Source: an uncultured bacterium
GTDB taxonomy: Bacteria > Acidobacteriota > Thermoanaerobaculia > Multivoradales > JAHZIX01
Direction: 5' to 3'
Assembly: GCA_965368975.1 (NCBI GenBank)
Contig: CBDUPA010000037.1
Location: 1-30,161, forward strand
Length of the DNA: 30,161 nt
In this document: positions 9,731 through 22,789 of the stretch, piece after piece
Layout: every line of letters starts with the position of its first letter
Numbering within the stretch: position 1 is the first letter of the stretch
Notes under the pieces: model-generated
The model's input: the letters and a program-made list of their open reading frames with translations, nothing else
The model's database searches: none
Told to the model about the DNA's origin: nothing
Made by a program: the position numbers and the translations under genes

Positions 9731-9747
9731 CCATCAGGAGTAGACCC

Positions 9748-10071
9748 ATGACGAAACGATTCCACCTATGCCTACCAATGCTGGCCGTTTTCTTTCTGTT
9801 CGCAGCTTGCCAATCGCAGGCGCCGCAGGAGCCGGCCGACGATGCGCAGGAGCCGGCGGCCTCAGCAACAGAGGCGGTCGAGTTCGAACCCGCCTATCCC
9901 ACGGATGTCAGCGAGGACACTCTCGACGAGCAGGATGTTTCCCAGCAGGAAGCAGTCCACGCACACGGTGAAGAGACCCATTCGCACGGAGACGGTGAGC
10001 ACTCGCACGGCGATGGTGAGCAAACCCACGAAGATGGAGAGGGGCATGACGACTCTGATCACCAACATTGA
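9748..10071 (+). CDS. Small acidic His-repeat lipoprotein (putative metal-binding)
   Basis: SD AGGAG; lipobox FAAC; C-terminal HAHGEETHSHGDGEHSHGDGEQTHEDGEGHDDSDHQH. Confidence 0.8.
   Translation: MTKRFHLCLPMLAVFFLFAACQSQAPQEPADDAQEPAASATEAVEFEPAYPTDVSEDTLDEQDVSQQEAVHAHGEETHSHGDGEHSHGDGEQTHEDGEGHDDSDHQH
9958..10041 (+). repeat. 21-bp tandem repeat (4 degenerate units) encoding HxHGDGE
   Basis: cattcgcacggagacggtgag (9979), cactcgcacggcgatggtgag (10000), caaacccacgaagatggagag (10021), plus a degenerate unit at 9958. Confidence 0.75.
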
Positions 10072-11653
10072 TCCCTCCCGGCTCTGGACTCCCCTGCAGC
10101 GCATCCTCGTTATGGGTGTCTGCTTCATGACGGTTGCCGGCTGCGGCCCAGGCCCAGGCCCGAGCACCTCCTCTCCGGATGCACGGCCGGCGGGGTCTTC
10201 TTGGGCCGTGACAGCGTGGGGTAACCAGTACGAGATCTTCGCGGAGATCGATCCCTTGGTGGCCGGGGAGCTTGCCCGTGCCCACACTCACGTCACAGCG
10301 CTCGATGGCTTCACACCCGTCGAGGCCGGACAGGTCGAGATCGTGATCACGGATTCTGGTGGCGAGCAAGTGTTCCGCAGCAGCGCTCCGGTCCGCCCCG
10401 GCATCTTCACGATCGAGATTCGCGGTCAGGCTACGCAGGAGGCAGACCTGGCCTTTCGAGTCCAGACGAGCGCGGGCAGCGAGGTGATTCGCGGAGGTAC
10501 GGTGCGAATTGGTAGCGTCTCCGAGCCAGGCGGCCCGTTGAGGTTGCCCGCCCCGCGAGGAGCTTCAGACGGCGGCGAGCCGCAATCGTTCCTGAAAGAA
10601 GAGCAATGGCGTAGCGAGTTCGCGACCACTTGGGTACGCCGAGGACAGCTGGCTGCCAGCGTTTCAGGACCGGTACGCTTGCAGGCTCCGGCTGGCGGAG
10701 ACGCCTCGGTTACCGCACCTGTGGATGGTGTCCTGCGACCACCCGGTGGCAGCCCGGACAGCTGGCCGTTTGTCGGCATGCAAGCTCGCAAGGGTGCCGC
10801 CCTGTTCCGCTTGACGCCACACGTAAGTTCCGGGCGCAGCCTGGCGAGCCTGGAGGCGGAAGTGGCCATTGCTGCGACCGAGCTAGAGGTCGCTCGCAAC
10901 CATCTCGAACGACTGAATCGACTTTGGGAGCTGGAAGCGATCAGCCGACGCGAGTTGGACGAGGCCACAGCTCGTGTAGAAACCACTACGGCTCATCACG
11001 CGGCAGCGCTGAAGGATCTCGAAGCGGCCCGTTCAGCTCGTCAGGGTGGTGGCTCGGACAGCCTCACCTTGAGGGCTCCGTTCACGGGCGAGGTCGCTGA
11101 CGTCACCGCGTCGCCGGGAACCACGGTCGCCGCCGGCACCGTGCTGGCCCGGTTGGTCCGGACTGACAGCGTGTGGTTGGATGTGGCTCTGGCACCAGCA
11201 GCTGCCCAGCGACTGCGCCAAGGAGCTGTTAGAGGGGTAGTCCTCAGCGGTCCGGAGTACGAATCGATCCGCTTGAATGATGTCGAACTCGTCTCGATCG
11301 CTCCCGAACTCTCGCAGCGAACCGGCACCGTTGCCGTGTTGTTGCAGGCGCCGAGAGTCACGGAACTGCCGCTCGGCACAATGGCCGACGGGCAGATCCT
11401 CTTGCAGCAAGTCAACGAGGGCATCGTAGTCCCGGCATCGGCACTGGTCGATGACGGAGGTGTTCCGGTGGTGTACCTCCAACTCGCTGGCGAGACCTTC
11501 GTACGCCAACCCGTCGAGGTGCTGGAGCGACAGGGAACACAACTCCTCGTCGAGGGACTCGTTTCGGGACAACGCTTGGTCAGCCGCGGAGGAGTCGCCA
11601 TTCGGCGCGCGTCCTTGATGGCGGGTGGCGAGGCTCACGGGCACGTGCATTGA
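10046..11653 (+). CDS. RND efflux periplasmic adaptor (MFP) with N-terminal extension
   Basis: Lipobox VAGC, VTAPVDG and LRAPFTGEV lipoyl halves, coiled hairpin, VVPASALVD, GLVSGQRLV, C-terminal AHGHVH; start uncertain (10046 chosen; ORF is open from 9842). Confidence 0.85.
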   Translation: MTTLITNIDPSRLWTPLQRILVMGVCFMTVAGCGPGPGPSTSSPDARPAGSSWAVTAWGNQYEIFAEIDPLVAGELARAHTHVTALDGFTPVEAGQVEIVITDSGGEQVFRSSAPVRPGIFTIEIRGQATQEADLAFRVQTSAGSEVIRGGTVRIGSVSEPGGPLRLPAPRGASDGGEPQSFLKEEQWRSEFATTWVRRGQLAASVSGPVRLQAPAGGDASVTAPVDGVLRPPGGSPDSWPFVGMQARKGAALFRLTPHVSSGRSLASLEAEVAIAATELEVARNHLERLNRLWELEAISRRELDEATARVETTTAHHAAALKDLEAARSARQGGGSDSLTLRAPFTGEVADVTASPGTTVAAGTVLARLVRTDSVWLDVALAPAAAQRLRQGAVRGVVLSGPEYESIRLNDVELVSIAPELSQRTGTVAVLLQAPRVTELPLGTMADGQILLQQVNEGIVVPASALVDDGGVPVVYLQLAGETFVRQPVEVLERQGTQLLVEGLVSGQRLVSRGGVAIRRASLMAGGEAHGHVH

Positions 11654-11666
11654 CAGGGAGAGTTGT

Positions 11667-14600
11667 ATGGGGCAATTGGAACGACTGATCCGCTTCTCGC
11701 TACGCCATCGCTGGCTCGTGCTCGGAGGCGCCGCTCTGCTTACAGCCTTGGGGGCACTCTGGATCTCCAGCCTGCCGGTGGACATCTTTCCTGACCTCTC
11801 GACGCCAACGGTTACGGTGATCACCGAAGCACCCGGCATGGCGCCGGAAGAGGTAGAACGCCTCGTGACCTTCCCCGTGGAGTCGGCTGTCAACGGCTCT
11901 CCGGGCGTGCGGAGGCTGCGCTCGGTATCCGCGGACGGCATCTCGGTACTGTGGACGGAGTTTCACTGGGGCACAGATATCTATCGAGCCCGCCAGATGG
12001 TTGCCGAACGCCTGCAACGCGTTTCTCTGCCCGCTTCGGCCGAGCGTCCGGAACTCGGACCGATGTCGTCGATCATGGGAGAGATCACGTTCATCGCCAT
12101 GACTTCGGAGACTGTCTCGGCACGCGAGCTGCGCCTGCTCGCCGAAACGGTCGTGCGTCGCAATCTGCTGTCGATCTCCGGAATCTCTCAGGTCGTCGCG
12201 ATCGGAGGCGAGACGCCGCAGCTTCAGGTGACCCTGCGACCTTCGGCTTTGTTTCAGCACCAAGTGTCCATGGCCGAGTTGGCTTCGGCCGTGGCTCAGG
12301 CGAGCGCCAGTCCGGCAGCCGGGTTCCATGTATACGGCGGCCAGGAATACCTGGTGCGCGGCCTGGGCCGTGCCCAGACCCCAGCCGATGTAGCCGCTTC
12401 CGTGGTGCGCGTCACCGATGGCGTCCCGCTGAGAGTCGGTGACTTGGCCGATGTCGCCTGGGGGGCCGAGCCTGCCCGAGGAACAGCGTCCTACCGGGAT
12501 CAGTCGGCCATCATTCTGTCTGTTCAGAAAGAACCCGGAGCCAACACGCTCGCGCTGACCGAGCAGATCGATCAAACCCTCGACGACCTTCAGGCCGTAC
12601 TGCCGGAGGGCGTGACCCTCGAGACCGAGAATTTCCGACAAGCCGACTTCATCGAGGTCGCGATCGGCAACGTCAGAGAAGCTCTGCGCGACGGCGCCTT
12701 CTTGGTGGTCGTCGTACTCATCCTGTTCCTGGGCAGCCTGCGCACAACCTTGATCTCAGCACTCGCTATTCCTCTCTCACTCGTGACAGGAATGCTAGTG
12801 ATCTCCGCCTTCGGCCTCAGCATCGACACGATGACGCTGGGCGGCCTGACGATCGCCATTGGACTCTTGGTCGACGATGCCATCATTGCGGTCGAGAATG
12901 TGTTCCGGCGTCTCAAGAGCGAGCGGACCCTGCCCGAAGAGCAGCGCAGACCGACTACCGAAGTCGTTGCAGTGGCCACCAGCGAGGTGGTGAGTCCGAT
13001 CCTCTTCGCCACCTTGATCATCATTCTGGTCTTCCTGCCCATTTTCTTTCTCCCCGGACTCGAAGGGCGCCTGCTGCGGCCTCTCGGATTCGCCTTCGTG
13101 GCAGCCTTGGCGGCTTCGCTGCTGGTGGCCTTGACGGTCACGCCTGTGCTGGCTGCAAGCCTGCTAGGACGCGCCAAGGTACTCGAAGCCCGCGAGCCCT
13201 GGCTCCTGCGGAGCTTGCACAGTGCCTACGAGCCCACACTGGGCTGGTGCCTGCGACATCGACGCTCGGTCCTCGCCTGCACGATGGTACTCTTGCTCGC
13301 TGCAGGTGCACTCTTGCCCAGTCTTGGTCGCAGCTTCCTACCCCCGTTCAACGAAGGGTCGCTGACCGTCTCGGTCGTGAGTCCGCCCGGAACTCCGCTC
13401 GCTGAGAGCGACCGGCTCGGCAGCCAGGTCGAGCAAGCCTTGCTCGCGTTCCCGGAAGTCGTCTCGACCAGCCGGCGTACCGGCAGAGCCGAGAAGGACG
13501 AGCACGTCCAGGGTGTCAACGCTTCGGAGATGGAAGTCGTTCTGACGCCGCTAGAAGGGCGCAGCAAGGACGACTTGGTAGCTGAAATGCGCCGAGCGGT
13601 CGCCGCGATCCCAGGGGCGACGGTCTCCTTTGGTCAGCCGATCAGCCATCGAATCGACCACATGATCTCAGGCTCCAAGACCAATCTCGCGGTCAAGGTC
13701 TTCGGCCCTGATCTGACAGTTCTGCGCGCCCTGAGTGCTCGGATCGAGCAGGTCCTCGGGGAAGTCCCCGGCATCGTCGATCTGTCCAACCAGGAGCAAG
13801 CGGCTGTGCCGCGCTTGGTGATCGACTTCGATCGCACCGCCATGGGACGCTACAACGTGCGATCGGCACAGCTTGCGGATGCCCTGGAAACGTCCTTTCA
13901 GGGACTGATCGTTGGTGAGATCGTCGAGGATGGCGTCAACTCGCAAGTCGTCCTGCGCCTACCACCCGAACTGCGATCGAGCCCCGAGAAGCTAGCGGAT
14001 CTGCCCGTACTGAGTCCAGATGGCGACTTGGTTCGCCTCTCTTCCCTGGCTCAGGTACGCAGCGATCTGGGCCCATCCATGATCCGCCGCGAGAACGTCC
14101 AGAGGCTTGCCATGATCACTGCCAACGTCACCGGTGCCGACTTGGCCGGCGTCGTTGAACGCGCTCAGGCGGCAGTAGCCGAAGCAGTCTCGCTACCCTC
14201 GGGATACCTGGTTTCCTTCAGTGGACAGTTCGAGGAGGCAGCCCGTAGCGTCAGAACACTGTCGCTGTTGGTGATCCTGATCCTGGTCGGAATCTATGCA
14301 TTGCTCTACCTGGAGTTCGGTAGCCACCGAGAGACGATGATCGTCCTCGTCAACCTGCCGCTGGCATTGATCGGCGGTATCGCTGGGGTTGCCCTCGGAA
14401 CCGGGGTCTTTTCCGTTGCGACGTTGGTCGGCTTCGTGACTCTCTTCGGTATTGCCACGCGTAACGGTGTGTTGTTGGTCAACAGCTACCAGCGCTTACG
14501 CGCTACCGGCCTGTCGTTGACCCAAGCGGTCCATCAGGGCTCGGCCGAGAGAATGGCCCCGATCCTTATGACCGCTTTGACCGCCGGTTTCGCACTGATC

Positions 14601-14774
14601 CCCTTGCTGCTGGCAGCAGGTGCACCGGGCAATGAGATCCAGAGCCCCATGGCGCAGGTCATCCTGGGCGGCCTACTGAGCTCGACCTTTCTGAACCTGA
14701 TTGTGGTGCCGGTGCTGTACCTGCGCTTTGCAGCAGGCTCGGGCGTGGAAGATGAAGAGAGGCTAGGCTCATGA
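11667..14774 (+). CDS. CusA/CzcA-family heavy-metal RND permease (AIGLLVDD subtype)
   Basis: LPVDIFPDL, PEEVERLVTFPVE, TM4 TLGGLTIAIGLLVDDAIIAVENV, FLPPFNEG, GIATRNG, PILMT; ATG 11667 after GGGAG. Confidence 0.95.
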   Translation: MGQLERLIRFSLRHRWLVLGGAALLTALGALWISSLPVDIFPDLSTPTVTVITEAPGMAPEEVERLVTFPVESAVNGSPGVRRLRSVSADGISVLWTEFHWGTDIYRARQMVAERLQRVSLPASAERPELGPMSSIMGEITFIAMTSETVSARELRLLAETVVRRNLLSISGISQVVAIGGETPQLQVTLRPSALFQHQVSMAELASAVAQASASPAAGFHVYGGQEYLVRGLGRAQTPADVAASVVRVTDGVPLRVGDLADVAWGAEPARGTASYRDQSAIILSVQKEPGANTLALTEQIDQTLDDLQAVLPEGVTLETENFRQADFIEVAIGNVREALRDGAFLVVVVLILFLGSLRTTLISALAIPLSLVTGMLVISAFGLSIDTMTLGGLTIAIGLLVDDAIIAVENVFRRLKSERTLPEEQRRPTTEVVAVATSEVVSPILFATLIIILVFLPIFFLPGLEGRLLRPLGFAFVAALAASLLVALTVTPVLAASLLGRAKVLEAREPWLLRSLHSAYEPTLGWCLRHRRSVLACTMVLLLAAGALLPSLGRSFLPPFNEGSLTVSVVSPPGTPLAESDRLGSQVEQALLAFPEVVSTSRRTGRAEKDEHVQGVNASEMEVVLTPLEGRSKDDLVAEMRRAVAAIPGATVSFGQPISHRIDHMISGSKTNLAVKVFGPDLTVLRALSARIEQVLGEVPGIVDLSNQEQAAVPRLVIDFDRTAMGRYNVRSAQLADALETSFQGLIVGEIVEDGVNSQVVLRLPPELRSSPEKLADLPVLSPDGDLVRLSSLAQVRSDLGPSMIRRENVQRLAMITANVTGADLAGVVERAQAAVAEAVSLPSGYLVSFSGQFEEAARSVRTLSLLVILILVGIYALLYLEFGSHRETMIVLVNLPLALIGGIAGVALGTGVFSVATLVGFVTLFGIATRNGVLLVNSYQRLRATGLSLTQAVHQGSAERMAPILMTALTAGFALIPLLLAAGAPGNEIQSPMAQVILGGLLSSTFLNLIVVPVLYLRFAAGSGVEDEERLGS

Positions 14775-15190
14775 ACCTGACACAGCTACCAGTCGGCCCG
14801 AATCCTCCGAACAAGGATACATGTCGTTGTTGAGATCCCGCGAAACTCGCGCACAAGTACGAGTATGACCCGGCACTCGGCATGTTCAAGCTGGATCGGG
14901 TTCTGTACTCTGCAGTCCACGACCCAACTGCGTACGGCTTCATACCCTCGACTCTCGGCAATGATGGAGATTGCTTAGACGCCCTCGTTGCGACTTCAGA
15001 ACCGACTTTCACAGGATGTTTGATCGAGGCTCGCCCCGTTGGGGTACTACGCATGGAAGACGAGCATGGTCTGGACGAGAAAATCCTGAGCGTTCCCGTT
15101 GGTGATCCCACTTTCCATGGCATCGAATCTCTCGACCAGTTGCCGCCGCACCACCTGCGCGAGATCGAGCACTTCTTCCGTACCTACAAA
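14771..15190 (+). pseudogene. ppa: Family I inorganic pyrophosphatase, disrupted
   Basis: ATGA overlap with RND stop; MNLTQLPVGPNPP, then a shifted frame reads IHVVVEIPRNSR, then back in frame KYEYD...LDRVLY...YGFIP...DGDCLD...DEHGLDEKIL...IEHFFRTYK; in-frame TGA at 14831-14833; similarity lost after ~15190 (ORF runs on to 15346). Confidence 0.85.
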
Positions 15191-15481
15191 GGACCTTGTG
15201 TTCTGCCTCAGTTGAAACATGACTCCCTCTCACTCCAAGATACGGAGCCAGAAGGAGTCGCAGGCAGCAGCATCTGGAGATGGCTGCTCAGAGTGCGTAG
15301 CTACTTCAACCCTGGAGTCATGTTTCCGCTGAACCAGTACACTTGAAGGCAAGTAGTGCAGAGTCTTCGGATGGGCTGACCATGTGGAAGCCTACCGAGT
15401 GATCGAGTCCTGCTCCAGCCTGCAACCCGTACCTAGCGAACATGGGCTCAGCGACCGAGTTGAGCCCCTCCAAGGAACATT

Positions 15482-16225
15482 ATGGCTTCACTACTATTGC
15501 TTGGCGGACTCGGCTTGCTGGTTTGTTGGAGCCGAGCTCCTGGTCGGCGGCGCGTCAAGAGTTGCTGCAAGGTTTGGAATTCCTCCGCTCGTCATCGGCT
15601 TGACGAGCGTGCCTTGGCACCAGTGCTCCCGAGCTTGTTGTCAGTATCAGGGCAGCACTGTCTGGCAACGCTGACATCGCCATGGGAAACGTTGTCGGAA
15701 GCAACATCTTCAACGTCCTTCTCATCCTCGGCGCATCGGCCGCGATGACACCCTTGATTGTGTCGAAGAAGCTCGTTCGCTTGGAAGTCCCGTTGATGAT
15801 AGGAGTTTCGCTGCTGACCCTGATCCTGGGGTGGGACGGCAGGATCGGTCGCCTCGAAGGAGGGTTTCTGGTCTTCTCGGGCCTTCTTTACACGATCTTC
15901 CAGATCAGGGAGGGTCGCCGAGAAGACAACTCTCAGGAAGACATTCAAGTTCCGTCACAGAAACCACAGCGCCACCCCTTGCGATCCCTCGCATCCATTT
16001 CTCTCGGTCTGGTACTCCTGGTCTTGGGATCGCGCTGGCTCGCAGATGGCGCTGTATCCCTGGGTCGCAGCTTCGGTGCCAGCGAACTGATCATCGGCTT
16101 GACAGTTATCGCCGCCGGCACATCCCTGCCCGAGCTGGCGACCTCTATCATGGCGAGTATCCGAGGGGAACGCGATATCGCGGTTGGCAACGTGGTGGGT
16201 AGCAATATCTTCAACATCTTGTGGG
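15482..16225 (+). pseudogene. Calcium/sodium antiporter (YrbG/CaCA family), frameshifted and 3'-truncated
   Basis: Three frames join to give MASLLLLGGLGLLV / GAELLVGGAS...IGLT / GTSAPELVVS...GNVVGSNIFN...GTSLPELATS...GNVVGSNIFNIL; shifts near 15524 and 15610; final TM helices missing. Confidence 0.88.
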
Positions 16226-16522
16226 TCCCCGCGGCGGTGAGAAGACCGCTCGCCGCAGTCAACAGGCCCTGAGGCCGGCGTCGGCGCCGAATGTCGTCTC
16301 CCGAGCCGCCTTCCTCCCAGACCTCTGCCCGCATGCCCGTACCAGCAACCGCCTCCTGGATCGCCATCGGGGCGACTCCATTGGTTCGGACCGTCAGCTT
16401 GCCTCGAAGGACATCGAACGAAAGACGCTCTTCATCCTCGACGAGAGGGTTGAGCGCTTGTTTCAGGATCGCTACCTCTTCGGCGCAGTCCATGCCATCG
16501 ATTCGAAACGAGTGCTGCACGG

Positions 16523-16526
<4 letters not shown>
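16226..16526 (-). pseudogene. 5' fragment of a CadA/ZntA-like P1B ATPase (HMA domain plus start of first TM)
   Basis: GTGA overlap with czcA stop, SD GGAGG; FRIDGMDCAEEVAILK...LSFDVLRGKLTV...AVAGTGMRA...GLLTAASGLLTAAG, then runs into antisense antiporter sequence. Confidence 0.75.
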
Positions 16527-19654
<3,128 letters not shown>

Positions 19655-19666
19655 GATCTCGCCTCC

Positions 19667-20947
19667 TCAGTGCTCATGGCCGCCGCCCAAGGAGTCCTTG
19701 GAGGCTGCGGATTTCAGCAGGAATGCACCTTCGACCACTACCGACTCACCGAACTCGAGCCCGCTCAGGACCGCTACGGAACCATCCGATCTCTGCCCGA
19801 TCTGGACGTCACGTCGCTCGAAGCGAAGCTCACCGGCGGGAACGAAGACCAGGTACTCCTCGCCATCGCGCACCACAGCGCTTTCGGCCACCACCAGGCT
19901 TGGGCTCTGGGCGAGGCCACCTTCAAGCGGATGAGGATCGAGCAATTCGACCTCGACGAACATGCCAGGACGGAGCTTGCCATCGGGATTGGCCACGTCG
20001 ATCCGTGCGCGCACCGTGCGCGTGTCGCTGTCGACCTGTGCGCTCAGGTACGAAACTGTGCCGGCGAAGACCTCACCGGGGAAGGCATCGACCCGCGCGC
20101 GGGCCTCGTCTTCGAGGTGCACACCGCCGAGATCCCGTTGATAGACGTCGATCCAGATCCACACCCGGCTGAGATCGGCCAGGGTGAAGAGGTTTCGCTC
20201 CGGTGTTACCAGTTCGCCGAGGGTGACATGCCACTCGACCACCGTCCCGGCGAAGGGTGCCCTCAGGGGATAGAGTGCGGCTCTTCGGTCTTCGTAGGTC
20301 AAGCCATCGACCTGCGACTGACTCAGGCCGTAGAGGCGGAGGGTCTCCTCCGCAGTCTGAAGCGAGGCTGTGGCTTCCCGGAGACTCGCTTCCGCTTCGA
20401 TCACCTCTTGCTCGGAGGCGATGCGCTCCGCGAGCAAGCTCTCTGCCCGGTCGAAGCTCTTGCGCGCCAGCTCCTCTCTCGCCTTGGCTTGAAGGAAGGC
20501 CGCCTTCGATTGTCCCAGCTCGACGGAATCGATCTCGGCCAATGCCTGCCCAGCGCCAACCTGCTGGCCAAGCACCGCGTGGACCTGATGCACTCGCCCC
20601 GAGATCCTCGGGCTGACGTGCGCCAGCCGAGTTTGGTCGAAATCGACCTGACCGGTGGTCGACAGCTCTGCTGCGAGAATCCTCTGCTCGACCGGCGCCG
20701 TGCGGATCTCGGCCCTCGAAGCCGCTTCTGGCGTCAGCTCGACGATGCCTTCTTCATCATTATCGTGTTCATCGGCATCGGTGTGCTCTTCGTGGTTGTA
20801 CGCACCGTGCTCTCGATTCTCCAGGGATGCACTGGCCGGCTCGGTATCGCCGTTCTCGGTATCGAGCTCGCTCTTGGAGCAAGCGCCCATGAGCATGGTG
20901 AGGACGAGCGTCAGGGCGATGAGACTACGATGTGCCAGGCGGTTCAT
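19667..20947 (-). CDS. czcB: CzcB-type RND periplasmic adaptor
   Basis: Lipobox MGAC, His/acidic N-terminal segment, LRAPFAGTV, ADLSRVWI, TRTVRAR, LRPGMFV, C-terminal GGHEH; ATG 20947 (ATGA overlap, SD GGAGG). Confidence 0.92.
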   Translation of the reverse strand: MNRLAHRSLIALTLVLTMLMGACSKSELDTENGDTEPASASLENREHGAYNHEEHTDADEHDNDEEGIVELTPEAASRAEIRTAPVEQRILAAELSTTGQVDFDQTRLAHVSPRISGRVHQVHAVLGQQVGAGQALAEIDSVELGQSKAAFLQAKAREELARKSFDRAESLLAERIASEQEVIEAEASLREATASLQTAEETLRLYGLSQSQVDGLTYEDRRAALYPLRAPFAGTVVEWHVTLGELVTPERNLFTLADLSRVWIWIDVYQRDLGGVHLEDEARARVDAFPGEVFAGTVSYLSAQVDSDTRTVRARIDVANPDGKLRPGMFVEVELLDPHPLEGGLAQSPSLVVAESAVVRDGEEYLVFVPAGELRFERRDVQIGQRSDGSVAVLSGLEFGESVVVEGAFLLKSAASKDSLGGGHEH

Positions 20948-22242
20948 GACGGTTCCTCCCCGAGAGATTGTCGAGGCGATGAGAGACGGCCGACCGCCAA
21001 GTCGAGCGCGATTCGTGCCAGCCAAGCGTCGGCCAGCGCTTCGATGTATTCGCGGCGGCTGGCGACGAACTCGCGACGAAGCGTTACGACGTCCGTCGCG
21101 CCGATACGGCCAGCCTCGAACGAGCGCTGCAGCAGCTCGACGTTCTCGTCCAGAGTTTCGAGCACCTGGTCCCGTAGATGCTCGGCCGCTGCGCGGGCCG
21201 CGAGCAGGTTGTTGAACGCAGTGACCACTTCTTGCTCGATGGCCAGGTGTAACGCATCCTGCTCGTGACGCAACCGCTCGCGCAATGCACGGCTTTCCGC
21301 AATACGGCCTTGGTTGCGGTTGAACAGAGGCACCGAGATACTGATTGCGGCGCCAACGATATTGTCCGATGCCTCCTCTCGCTGAAAGAAGCTTCCAACG
21401 ACGAGATTCGGCTTGCCCTCGGCAATCGCGAGGCGAATTGCCGCCTCGGCGGCTTGCTCCCGCTGACCGGCAGCGCGGAGGTCGCCGCGACGCTCGGAAG
21501 CCAAGGCCAGCAAGTCTTCGAGCGCGAGAGGCTCCGCTTCGGGGACATGCAGATCTCCTACCAGCTTGGGTGGGGTCTGCGGGTTCGCCCCCGCGATCTC
21601 AGCCAGCCGGCTCCGCGCGGACGCGTAGTCTGCCCGAGCCTTACGGAGGGATCTCTCTGCCCGCCCTGCACTCGCCTGGGCCAGATTGACCTCGATTTGG
21701 GTCGCCGCACCACGTTCCAAGCGCCGCTGCGAGAACGCCAGAATCTCCTGGGCTAGTTCGGCATCGGTCGTTGCCACACCCAACAGTTCTCGCGCCATTA
21801 CGGCCTCTGCAAAGGCAGATTCAACCTTGTAGGCCAACAGCCGTCGGTGATGAACCAGGACTGCTTCCGCGGCAGCTAGCTCCTGATCAGCGACCGCAAT
21901 ACGCTTACGTCGCTGGCTAGCTAGCTCGAACTCTTGCGAGATGCTCAAGCCGCGGTCGATCGCCGACTCGCGAGGACTACTCCGGTCGGCAAGCTCCAGC
22001 GAGATCTCAGGATTATGGGGGTAGGTCTTGGCATCGACCAAGCGGCTGGTGACCTCCTGTCGCTCTGCTTGTCTGCCGCGTAACACCGGACTGTTCTCGA
22101 AGGCAGTATCCAGCGCCTCAGACAGCGTCCATTCGGGGACGACCTGCGCCATCACCGTGACAGAAAGCAGCAGGCTGCCCGCCAGAATTCCGCCTTGCAG
22201 AAGTTGACACCGGCTTAGCCGGCGATTCTCGTTTCGAAACAT
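20944..22242 (-). CDS. czcC: CzcC/TolC-family outer-membrane protein
   Basis: Signal peptide, YPHNPE, SVPLFNRNQG, FEAGRIG; start ATG 22242 or GTG 22245. Confidence 0.9.
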   Translation of the reverse strand: MFRNENRRLSRCQLLQGGILAGSLLLSVTVMAQVVPEWTLSEALDTAFENSPVLRGRQAERQEVTSRLVDAKTYPHNPEISLELADRSSPRESAIDRGLSISQEFELASQRRKRIAVADQELAAAEAVLVHHRRLLAYKVESAFAEAVMARELLGVATTDAELAQEILAFSQRRLERGAATQIEVNLAQASAGRAERSLRKARADYASARSRLAEIAGANPQTPPKLVGDLHVPEAEPLALEDLLALASERRGDLRAAGQREQAAEAAIRLAIAEGKPNLVVGSFFQREEASDNIVGAAISISVPLFNRNQGRIAESRALRERLRHEQDALHLAIEQEVVTAFNNLLAARAAAEHLRDQVLETLDENVELLQRSFEAGRIGATDVVTLRREFVASRREYIEALADAWLARIALDLAVGRLSSPRQSLGEEPS

Positions 22243-22449
22243 CACAATTCCTCGCTCTGGTCATGACAGCGTGTTCGAGCCGATCTGTGGATGGCTCGGG
22301 TTTAAATCCTTGGGCTTGCAGAGCTGAGTCGCTAGCAAGCGATGAGCGAGCCGGTATCGGCCCGCCACGACCGCAGAAGATTGAGCCGGCGGAGGCGGAA
22401 CAACCGGTGCGCGAAGACGCACTGGTCCTAGCTACCGCGAGGCTCGCTG

Positions 22450-22782
22450 TCAGACTCGAGGAGGATGATCGATCGAAGACCAGAAGCCCGTTGGTGGAGG
22501 GATGGGCTTGGGCGCTTCCACAGTGTAGGAAGCGCGAAGAGTTTCGGTAGGCGTGATCTGTGGACTGAGAAAGGATAGGCTTGCGTGGCAGCCACAGAGA
22601 TGGAAGATCTGTGTACAGCCATGCTCAGGGCCGACGGGCTCGTGGTGGTCACCATCGGGAGCCGAATGCGCAAGGTGTCCTTGGGTCACGAGATGTACGG
22701 CGCTCTCAGCGATTTCTGCAGCCCCCGGCACTAGGGCTAGAGCCAGAATCGCGGCATAGATCTTGGAGCAACGTACTCTCAC
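22450..22782 (-). CDS. Small His/Cys-rich protein leading the czcCBA operon
   Basis: Signal-like N-terminus; HLVTQGHLAH...DHHE...EHGCTQIFHLCGCH; ends IDHPPRV. Confidence 0.7.
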   Translation of the reverse strand: MRVRCSKIYAAILALALVPGAAEIAESAVHLVTQGHLAHSAPDGDHHEPVGPEHGCTQIFHLCGCHASLSFLSPQITPTETLRASYTVEAPKPIPPPTGFWSSIDHPPRV

Positions 22783-22789
22783 GACGACT

